A DNA stretch of 64,000 nt, from the NCBI GenBank assembly GCA_903916735.1, contig CAIWXX010000120.1:1374-65373 (forward strand), in the 5' to 3' direction. Both the position numbers and the translations under genes were made by a program. Below the pieces are notes generated by a model. That model was not told where the DNA came from, did not search any database, and saw only the letters and a list, made by a program, of their open reading frames with translations. Below, piece after piece: positions 1 through 7,639 of the stretch. The stretch is from an uncultured Acidobacteriota bacterium. Lineage in GTDB: Bacteria > Acidobacteriota > CAIWXX01. The first letter of the stretch is position 1; each line of letters begins with the position of its first letter.

Positions 1-693
1 TCCCACCGCGGGATCGAGTCCTACCGTCTCACAAGCGGAAGTGACATCATGGACTAAAAGTGTATATAAAAAAGACAATATTGCATTGATGGGATCAAGA
101 GGCGGACGTCTGCTGCGTTCATTAAAGATGAAATCCTTTTTCTGCGCCACAATCAGATGATCAAATACTCCAAAGTACCTATGTGCAGCTTCTCCTTCTC
201 GGCCTCTCACCACATCAAGTTCCTCCATATTTCCCAAACACTCAATAATTCCCGAAAGCGATTCAGCAGTTCTACGAATGTCATCGATACCCAATGCATT
301 CGGATGATCTCGACACGTCCGTTGTAATACGGTTCGGCAATTCGCGGTTTTTGCCGTAATAATGCGACGGGCAATCATAGCCGAGCGACTAGAATCTTCC
401 GATGCGCTGTACTGAGCTTTGCGTAATAAAACGTTTCCCGATACCGGACCAACTACCCGTGCCAAAAATTTACCGTTCTCACTAAGAAAAGATAGGAGCA
501 CTCCATTTTCCACACATAACGCCATGCACGGCGGTGTCACGGTGACGACACCAAAACATACAACTCCTGAAAGCAGATGAATAGGCATTTTGAGAAGTGA
601 TTCTCCATTTTCGCAAATATCAATGGCTTCACCATCACGATGTAGCACAGCTCCTTGCACTGTGACAAAAAGGGTGTTCAAGAGTTTTCGCAT
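1..693 (-). CDS. cas1: CRISPR-associated endonuclease Cas1, type I-C-like (3' end beyond window)
   Basis: Not in the ORF track. Hand translation from ATG at 693: MRKLLNTLFVTVQGAVLHRDGE...MPIHLLSGVVCFG...FLSENGKFLARVVGPVSGNVLLRKAQY, the typical I-C Cas1 N-terminus. Overlaps the cas4 3' end. Confidence 0.95.
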   Translation of the reverse strand, partial: MRKLLNTLFVTVQGAVLHRDGEAIDICENGESLLKMPIHLLSGVVCFGVVTVTPPCMALCVENGVLLSFLSENGKFLARVVGPVSGNVLLRKAQYSASEDSSRSAMIARRIITAKTANCRTVLQRTCRDHPNALGIDDIRRTAESLSGIIECLGNMEELDVVRGREGEAAHRYFGVFDHLIVAQKKDFIFNERSRRPPLDPINAILSFLYTLLVHDVTSACETVGLDPAVG

Positions 694-1361
694 GCTTTTT
701 CCTGTGAGTAAAATTTCAACCAATAACCACTACCGCCGCCTTTTTTGCTAAACGCCTTTGGCATGCAAAATTCGATTAATGAGCAGCTACTGCATTTGGA
801 TTCAAAATGTGGTTGGGGCGTCGTCATCGACGTTAAAAGCGCCCGCATCTCTCCAATTGTCTTAATAGTTTGAGCGCGCAGCGATTCATTAATATCCACT
901 GGTTCTCGATGAGATTTTTTCTCTTCAAACAGATAAGCGGTTGTTATGGAACATCCGAACATTTGTTCTAAACATAAAGTCTGAGCACAAAGTTGGACCT
1001 GGTAGGCCAGTTTTTCCTTCGCAGCTCCTCGCTTGAATTCGACAGGAACAATGCGATACCGATCTTGTCGGGCGATGTATGGTATCCTGACGCCTTTTTC
1101 ATCTCGGATAAACTCAACAAGATCGGCAAATCCCGTCAGGCCATAGGTTCTTGAAGTAAGTTGAAGACGATAGGCTCGATAGATCTCGGATCTTTTTTCA
1201 TGATGTGATTTATCGACATTGATATGACCAACCACGCCCTGTGCTGTCAATATATTGTCCATCCAAAGTCGCTCTAAATGGACCAACGCGCAACGACGCA
1301 TGCAGTAGATAAAATGCTGCAGCGCACTAATCGGAAGATAATCATCTTCGCAAAAAATCAT
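678..1361 (-). CDS. cas4: CRISPR-associated exonuclease Cas4
   Basis: ISALQHFIYCxRR, GFADLVE, PVEFKRG, QLCAQ motifs and C-terminal CxxCSLxxxC Fe-S cysteines; ATGA overlap with cas3. Confidence 0.95.
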   Translation of the reverse strand: MIFCEDDYLPISALQHFIYCMRRCALVHLERLWMDNILTAQGVVGHINVDKSHHEKRSEIYRAYRLQLTSRTYGLTGFADLVEFIRDEKGVRIPYIARQDRYRIVPVEFKRGAAKEKLAYQVQLCAQTLCLEQMFGCSITTAYLFEEKKSHREPVDINESLRAQTIKTIGEMRALLTSMTTPQPHFESKCSSCSLIEFCMPKAFSKKGGGSGYWLKFYSQEKACENS

Positions 1362-3550
1362 AGGATGAATCCTCCCGAATTATGAAGCGCTTTTTCAATC
1401 GGCAGAATTCCGGCCATATGTCCAATAAACTCATCATATGGGTAATTCCAACGATACAAGCCAGGATAATTGGAAAATTCTTCAATTCGCATCGATTCGA
1501 GTCTATATCCCCAGATCTGGACAGAACCGTTTTGTATTTCCCGCCAATCAACGCTTTTACGTTGTTCAAGCCTTTGAATAAGATCGCCATCCACTATAAC
1601 GGTACGGGTGTCATTTGAAATGACGCGAAACTCCTTCTCAACCCGTGGAAAACGCATATTTTCTTCAGAAGTGCGAAGCGAATTAAGAAAGTCACCGGCC
1701 AGCCGAATTTCGCGCTTAAGTGCATCGGTGCATAGATCTATGGCGATGGCACTTTTAGCTTCACAATACTCCTTGAGAACCTGTGCCGCTTCCTTTACCC
1801 CAGGGTGTGCCTTAAGAAGGCCATTCTCAGCTAGGCGAATCGTCCAAACGTGTGCATTGGGAATTTCTCCGTGCCGATTGACTCGGCCAGCTGTCTGTAA
1901 AAGTGAAACCAATGAACACAGCTCTCGTATGCCGGTGCGGAAAGAGATGTTGACACCAGCCTCCACACAAGAGGTGGCGATCAACATCCAATTGGTGTCT
2001 TTTATATCATCCAATCGCTCTTTCACGTTTTTCAAGGTACGTTCTCGGTCTTTTGGGGCCAAAGCATTGGAAAGATGCTCAACCATATCTTTTCCAAATC
2101 TCTCTTTACAGGCAAGCGCAACGACGGCAGCACTCTGAACCGTATTGAGAATAACAATACGAGGCCCCGGAAGAGAAGCCGTCCATTCCACCAACTGTTC
2201 GGCGCTTTGTGGGCTTTCTTTGTAGCAATACGTGACTCGCCCGACCTCATATGTTGAGAGTTGCCTACGCACATCATTATTCAGAATTTCCGGGACGATT
2301 GGTGGAGATTGATCAAATTCAGGAATCTGCCAAAAACGGTTGAGAGAACCGGAGGCCAGCACCCAATAGCATCCCCATTCTCCGCCAAAACTCTTTATCC
2401 AGCTCCATGCGAGAGGAAGGAGTTTGGCCGGAAGCGCCGCATGTGATTCATCTATGAAAACGGCGCTTCCAGGAAGATTGTGCAGTCGCCGCAAGGTAGA
2501 TGGTGTGTTAGAAGCGAGGGTTTCGAAAAAGGATACAGCTGTTGTTACGACAATGGGTGCACTCCAGAGCATCGTCAGATGGCGGGTATGTATGTCCTGG
2601 AAATCGGCGCGATGATGCAATTCGGCGACTATCTCTTCAGGATTTTCTCCGGGAAGAACCAATGCCTCACGATAAACCTTGACTGATTGTGTGATGATGT
2701 TGGTAAATGGCAAGATAACAAAGATCCGTCTAAGTTTCCGCTTCACAGCCTGTGCAAGCAAGTGCGCCATAACGGCGGTTGTTTTGCCAGTGCCCACAGG
2801 GCTGTCACAGGATGAGATTGCTGCATCAATATCCGTATCGCGACAGTTTCGATACATTTTTGAACGCAGATGCGAACGATCGTTTTTATCCTTTGCGAGT
2901 CCTTCGACATAAACATCAAGGGCTGCAAGTCGCTCTTTCGCTTGCAATTTGGGGGGTTCCTTCACACAGCATCCCCCATAATGAATCGCTGTATCGGTAT
3001 GGTCGCCATCGACAAGACAGGAGAGAGCAAGCCGGAAGAAGAGAGGCGCATTACCAACAAGCTTATTGTCCGGTGCTTTTTTAAACGGCTGCTCAGACAC
3101 CACTTGCCGGTGGAACTCCTGTAACTGTGATACCGATTTGTCAACATGCTCACGAACCGAGTCGTCGCGAAAAACACTTTTTTCCGAACGATTACTCTCC
3201 TCTACAAAATCAGGAAGACCAATATGGTGCGACCGAATCAATACCGCGCCAGGCGAGCATCCCATTTGATTAAGAAGGAAGGTTGTGCCTGCATCTGTAT
3301 GCTGCACCGGCAGGCTTTTTGCCTTTTTCTTACCGGAAAGGACTTCCTGATTTTCATTATCCAACTTGCCAAGATCATGATATTCCGCGGCGAGGCGGAC
3401 GATCTCTTGTAGGAGATCGCCATCAAAGGCGCTGAAAATCGCCGCCTCCTTGGCAGCGATGGTCGCTCTGGAGATGACGTTACACACATGGGCCGAATAA
3501 CACTGAGCCGGGATTCCTTTTTCCTTGTTTTCGCTGTGAGCGAGCAGCAT
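1358..3550 (-). CDS. cas3: Cas3 HD nuclease-SF2 helicase
   Basis: N-terminal HD domain (H21, YHDLGK, HTDAG, SHHIG, DGD); Walker A PVGTGKT, DESH, QTAGRVNRHG; TAATG coupling to cas7. Confidence 0.95.
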   Translation of the reverse strand: MLLAHSENKEKGIPAQCYSAHVCNVISRATIAAKEAAIFSAFDGDLLQEIVRLAAEYHDLGKLDNENQEVLSGKKKAKSLPVQHTDAGTTFLLNQMGCSPGAVLIRSHHIGLPDFVEESNRSEKSVFRDDSVREHVDKSVSQLQEFHRQVVSEQPFKKAPDNKLVGNAPLFFRLALSCLVDGDHTDTAIHYGGCCVKEPPKLQAKERLAALDVYVEGLAKDKNDRSHLRSKMYRNCRDTDIDAAISSCDSPVGTGKTTAVMAHLLAQAVKRKLRRIFVILPFTNIITQSVKVYREALVLPGENPEEIVAELHHRADFQDIHTRHLTMLWSAPIVVTTAVSFFETLASNTPSTLRRLHNLPGSAVFIDESHAALPAKLLPLAWSWIKSFGGEWGCYWVLASGSLNRFWQIPEFDQSPPIVPEILNNDVRRQLSTYEVGRVTYCYKESPQSAEQLVEWTASLPGPRIVILNTVQSAAVVALACKERFGKDMVEHLSNALAPKDRERTLKNVKERLDDIKDTNWMLIATSCVEAGVNISFRTGIRELCSLVSLLQTAGRVNRHGEIPNAHVWTIRLAENGLLKAHPGVKEAAQVLKEYCEAKSAIAIDLCTDALKREIRLAGDFLNSLRTSEENMRFPRVEKEFRVISNDTRTVIVDGDLIQRLEQRKSVDWREIQNGSVQIWGYRLESMRIEEFSNYPGLYRWNYPYDEFIGHMAGILPIEKALHNSGGFIL

Positions 3551-4404
3551 TACGGATTTCCCAATAGATCCACGCAGCTAAAAAGTCTTTCATGCAGTTC
3601 GGTTGGAAGGCCGGCCGGCACGTCGTAATCATCCCAAGAAGTCGATGATGCCAAAGGATCATTTCCTCTCCGCTTGGGTGACAACGCATCAATGAGCCGG
3701 TAGTCCGGGCAGCTACCAAGTGAATTCTTATGTTCCATAAACCAGGCATGGCGGAGGCGAACATCGGGACGGATGGCTGAACGGGTATGGTCATAGGAAT
3801 AAGGAATTAGCGCCTTGAGCAATTCGATGTCCTTTGCAGTACAGCCGGACTTATGGGCATTGCTCGGATTAATGTAGAATGGCATGAAATAAACGCCATG
3901 CTCAACCACACGGTAGGCAAGTGGCGCCATGCCTTGATTTTTCCCTTCTTCTACGCCCGCCTTGTTAGTGTTTGTATGTCGTTGGATTTGGATCTTCGCT
4001 ATCGAAAGCCCCATCACAAATTGAGCAACGCCTGTTTTGATCGTTCCCTTATCCATTTTTTCTTCCAAAAAGGTATTGCCAAAAAGGCGCCCATCCCAAT
4101 ATTTTATTACAAATCGTCCATCCTTCAATTCCACCTCGATTGTTTTGCGGTCTCGACCACGTGATTCAAGAATCCTGTATTCCTCGGGATCGAGTTTGAG
4201 ATTCTTGCAGACCGCCTTGAAAACCGGCCCCTCCGCATCCTCAACCAGATCACGCAGCTTGCGTTTAAAAGAAACCGGAGATATTTCTCCAAGACCGTTG
4301 GGACGTTGACGAGGATCGCTTTCTCGATCCGGATCGCCATTTGGATTAGAATTAACGACTTCGATTATTAAAAGCCCTGTTGCACGTTTGATTTCTTCGT
4401 TCAT
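3550..4404 (-). CDS. cas7: Cas7 (Csd2/Csh2-type) backbone subunit
   Basis: NSNPNGDPD...PR, SPVSFKRKLRD, YWDGRLFG, SAIRP motifs of Cas7c. Confidence 0.93.
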   Translation of the reverse strand: MNEEIKRATGLLIIEVVNSNPNGDPDRESDPRQRPNGLGEISPVSFKRKLRDLVEDAEGPVFKAVCKNLKLDPEEYRILESRGRDRKTIEVELKDGRFVIKYWDGRLFGNTFLEEKMDKGTIKTGVAQFVMGLSIAKIQIQRHTNTNKAGVEEGKNQGMAPLAYRVVEHGVYFMPFYINPSNAHKSGCTAKDIELLKALIPYSYDHTRSAIRPDVRLRHAWFMEHKNSLGSCPDYRLIDALSPKRRGNDPLASSTSWDDYDVPAGLPTELHERLFSCVDLLGNP

Positions 4405-4421
4405 TTTTCTATTCCTTTGAA

Positions 4422-4811
4422 TTAATTATTTTCCAGTAAAGATGTGTCACCTTTTTTCGGATGCGCAGCAAGGTAACCAAGAAGAAGCTGAGCGCGTTCT
4501 GCGTCGTTGAATCGTGATGGGAGTTCCAGTTTTGCAAGTTGTGAAGCTGTATCTCCAAAAAGGCCGATGAAATAGCCAACAAGTTTTCCGCTTTCTGCTC
4601 CTCGAAATGTCTGTGCCCACCCATAGTATGGCTTGATACGTAAAGCCAATTGGGAAAGCGCCTGAACAGGACTGTCAAGAGCAGCGGTCATCAGCGTGTT
4701 GCCGACCAATTGTGGCGGCAGCTTGTTGTCACGCATTTCTTTGCAGTAAAGTGCATGGAGCTCATCGGCAAGCTTGAGCATTTTGCCGACGAGGAATGGC
4801 GCGTTATTCAT
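4422..4811 (-). CDS. cas11: Putative internally translated Cas11 small subunit (129 aa, in frame inside cas8)
   Basis: AGAAAGGAG Shine-Dalgarno (4818-4826) 6 nt before in-frame ATG at 4811 (Met567 of Cas8: MNNAPFLVGKMLKLADELH). Confidence 0.7.
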   Translation of the reverse strand: MNNAPFLVGKMLKLADELHALYCKEMRDNKLPPQLVGNTLMTAALDSPVQALSQLALRIKPYYGWAQTFRGAESGKLVGYFIGLFGDTASQLAKLELPSRFNDAERAQLLLGYLAAHPKKGDTSLLENN

Positions 4812-6509
4812 GTAACTCTCCTTTCTGACACCAAGTTTGTGGAGCAAGAGCCCCAGTATTGAAGGCACCAGCAATTTATGGGCATCGTATCCATTGATAA
4901 CAGAAATGATCTCGCCTTTATGCTGTACATGAGCTAGTGATAGAAGTAATCCTTTCCCATTTTGAAGAAGAACAGCAAGGAGGTGCGGCACAAACCGTTT
5001 TGGTTGTTCATCGAGTAATAATTCGATTCCTTGAGCACTTATGACAGCGTGGGTTTCACATTCGGTTGTGCCGTCTTGTTTCCATACCCGGTTGAGACAT
5101 GATGCAACCTGCAATGGAAAGGGTATTTTCGGCTCAACCATAACCCATTCACCTTTCTTGCCGCTCCATGCGCGAAAATGGATCTCTGGGATGTTCGCAC
5201 ATCCTCTTTCCCATTCCTGCGCTGCAACCACAAGCCGTTGAGCAGTGTAGTTGCGATGGAAGACGACTTTAGTGCGCGCCTTATCCATTTTCTTGAGTGA
5301 GAAGACTCGTAGTTCCATTTTATTGAGATCTTTCGATAAGCCTTTTAAGCCCCGAATCACATCGCGTGCCGCGTTGGCGAAGCGTGCTCCCGTATCATCA
5401 GTCTTCTTCGCTCCAAAACAGGATGCAAGTTTGAGAGGAATTTTTGGAAGTGTTTCAGGATAGGCAAAGAGAAGTTCTTTTGCGTCGGCTCGTCCCCATG
5501 TTTCACCTTCTCTGGTTTCATCACCCAACCATTCAAGTGCGCCCTTCACCCGTTTTCGGCTTTCTTTTCCAATGGGAAATGATATCGCATTTATTGTTCG
5601 GTAGCGATGTTGACAGGATGATTCACTATTCATGGCGCGGAGTTTCACATCGGCAATGATAGGGAGTCTGACACTTGGCAGCTTGTCCTCACACTCCAAA
5701 GCTGGGTTACCGAAGGCGTCGATTGATTTTGACGTATCTCCAATTCGCCTGCCTTTTGTCATTTCAATGTTTACTCGCTCGATACAATCCTTACTTGCCA
5801 CTGAGTAATTCCGCCAATCCGAAATGTCGAGAAACACAGAAACCGAGCCGCGATCATTCTTGGGGTTTTTGTCGATGCTTCCAGCATGCACCAGCACCGG
5901 CAGCGCCGTTTTGACTGATTCTCTTTGCTCGATCATTGTCCAAAGGCGCGCTTCCAGAGCTTCTTGAAAGCTTTTTTCATAAGAGGCTATGAGGTCTATT
6001 TCTTCCATCACATGAGGAAATCGAATGACGCGTCTAATTAATGTTTGCAATGCTAAAATGTCGGGCAGGCCTTCCAAATTGATGATCCCGAGAAGTTTTT
6101 GTGGTATTTCCTTGAGGCATTTGACAAGTTTTGCAGCGATTTTTTTATCCCAATTGTCATTCGATTCATTGCACCAGCTTTTTAGAAGCGTGACATCAAC
6201 TGTCTGCTTGCCATCACGCCACGCCTTCAGTTGCTTTTTCTGCTCTTCATCAATAATTCGATAGAGTGGCTGGATATTAAAACCAGGGAAGGAATTGCCG
6301 TTGCTCGGTTCCCACTTCCGAAGAATTGTGATTAGATTCTCATTGATTGTATCCAGAGAATTTACCGCTCCGTTTTCGGCGATGGAAATTCGATAGCAAG
6401 GTTTTTTATCCGTAGCTTTTGGCAATAGTTTCAATTGTGGATGCCACTCCTTAGGAGCAATTCCTGCACTGTCCAAGGCCGCAGCCAGTTGACACAACTC
6501 ATTCAGCAT
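4422..6509 (-). CDS. cas8c: Divergent Cas8c-like large subunit (695 aa)
   Basis: Lies between cas5 and cas7; MLNELCQL start; C-terminal helical region (PFLVGKML...ERAQLLLGYL) resembles the Cas8c/Cas11 tail; middle not recognisable by eye. Confidence 0.75.
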   Translation of the reverse strand: MLNELCQLAAALDSAGIAPKEWHPQLKLLPKATDKKPCYRISIAENGAVNSLDTINENLITILRKWEPSNGNSFPGFNIQPLYRIIDEEQKKQLKAWRDGKQTVDVTLLKSWCNESNDNWDKKIAAKLVKCLKEIPQKLLGIINLEGLPDILALQTLIRRVIRFPHVMEEIDLIASYEKSFQEALEARLWTMIEQRESVKTALPVLVHAGSIDKNPKNDRGSVSVFLDISDWRNYSVASKDCIERVNIEMTKGRRIGDTSKSIDAFGNPALECEDKLPSVRLPIIADVKLRAMNSESSCQHRYRTINAISFPIGKESRKRVKGALEWLGDETREGETWGRADAKELLFAYPETLPKIPLKLASCFGAKKTDDTGARFANAARDVIRGLKGLSKDLNKMELRVFSLKKMDKARTKVVFHRNYTAQRLVVAAQEWERGCANIPEIHFRAWSGKKGEWVMVEPKIPFPLQVASCLNRVWKQDGTTECETHAVISAQGIELLLDEQPKRFVPHLLAVLLQNGKGLLLSLAHVQHKGEIISVINGYDAHKLLVPSILGLLLHKLGVRKESYMNNAPFLVGKMLKLADELHALYCKEMRDNKLPPQLVGNTLMTAALDSPVQALSQLALRIKPYYGWAQTFRGAESGKLVGYFIGLFGDTASQLAKLELPSRFNDAERAQLLLGYLAAHPKKGDTSLLENN

Positions 6510-7176
6510 CGGTTTCCTCCCTCCGTGGAAACTCCAAAATTCCTTGTGCTATGGCAACATTTTGATCGTATAAAAACGAGACATCAGAGGCATACCCATT
6601 GGAAAAGACCTCCCTCAACATGGAGGGGAGAGCAATATTGATGTCGCTCTGTATCATCGTCGAATCACGAAAGGGACCAAAATAGCTAGGCCCAAATTCT
6701 TTCCACCCTAAAAATGGAATAGAAAAACATTGTCCTCGCTTCAATCGACGGTGGAAAATCTCTTGATATGCATGACCTGGAGAGGTCGTTTGTGTGTCCC
6801 AGTTACGTGCAGCACCGGGAAACCCTGATTGTTGTTTTATCTCTCTAGCCACCGGCTTCACTTCCGCATAGAATCGATAGCACACATCTATTAGCACCGT
6901 GGCAAGAAGTTGAAACCCACCACCGGTAGCAACAACGCCCGATTTCCTTAGTGGTCCACCATAATTGGTTTGATAGTTGTGGTACTGTAGTGGTGCGCAA
7001 ATTTCAACTTTTGTAGGAAAAACCTGCACTGCCGGACCCCAGTGAATTGACTCAAAGATTCCCTTCACAGCTGAATATGTAGGCGCTGGATAACTAACAG
7101 GACAGTCACCTGTATCCGGTCGAGTCCACATGGCAGTAAACCCCGATATTTCCAGTGAAATGGGATATCGTTTCAT
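6499..7176 (-). CDS. cas5: Cas5 (Cas5d/I-C-like variant)
   Basis: GxxAMWTRP...SYPAPTYSAVKGIFESI N-terminus and FHRRLKRGQCFxxPFLGWKEF C-terminal motif; SD AAGGAGG. Confidence 0.9.
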   Translation of the reverse strand: MKRYPISLEISGFTAMWTRPDTGDCPVSYPAPTYSAVKGIFESIHWGPAVQVFPTKVEICAPLQYHNYQTNYGGPLRKSGVVATGGGFQLLATVLIDVCYRFYAEVKPVAREIKQQSGFPGAARNWDTQTTSPGHAYQEIFHRRLKRGQCFSIPFLGWKEFGPSYFGPFRDSTMIQSDINIALPSMLREVFSNGYASDVSFLYDQNVAIAQGILEFPRREETDAE

Positions 7177-7240
7177 GACACCTCCTTAGCAGCAATTCAT
7201 CACACGAGGTTGAGCGCGATTGATAATTTACTCTGCTGTT

Positions 7241-7269
7241 AGGATAGTCATATACTGCAATCATTTCAA
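7241..7269 (-). promoter_or_regulatory. Putative sigma70 promoter of the cas operon
   Basis: Minus strand TTGAAA-N17-TATCCT about 65 nt upstream of cas5. Confidence 0.5.
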
Positions 7270-7487
7270 GAGGGATTACCAACTCAGGTACAACCGCGCT
7301 AAGTGAGACGGGTCATAGACAATTCATTTTCATGATAGGTGCATTCCTAGGAGAGAGTGGAATAGCTTAGTTCGCTTCATCAGCCTGTAGCAGTAGTATA
7401 AAATTGAGATCAGGAGTGATCAAAAGGCAGTCAAGGCGCTTCTATCGCTCCACTGGAGTTACCGCTTCAAACCCGATCATACGACGA

Positions 7488-7529
7488 AGGGCTTTGCCCC
7501 CGGCTGCATTCTGCCACCCCATCAGGGCT
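7488..7529. repeat. REP-like double hairpin at the cas island boundary
   Basis: GGGC-TTT-GCCC and CCCC-ATCA-GGG hairpins joined by CGGCTGCATTCTGCCA; single copy in window. Confidence 0.35.
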
Positions 7530-7639
7530 TGGTAGAATCAGAGCTTTCTTTGCATCTCATCATTAACCTCGCAAATCGTCGTTGCATCTCATTCATTCGT
7601 TGATGCCCCTCTCCACTTGACCTACAATATCCCTCAGCC

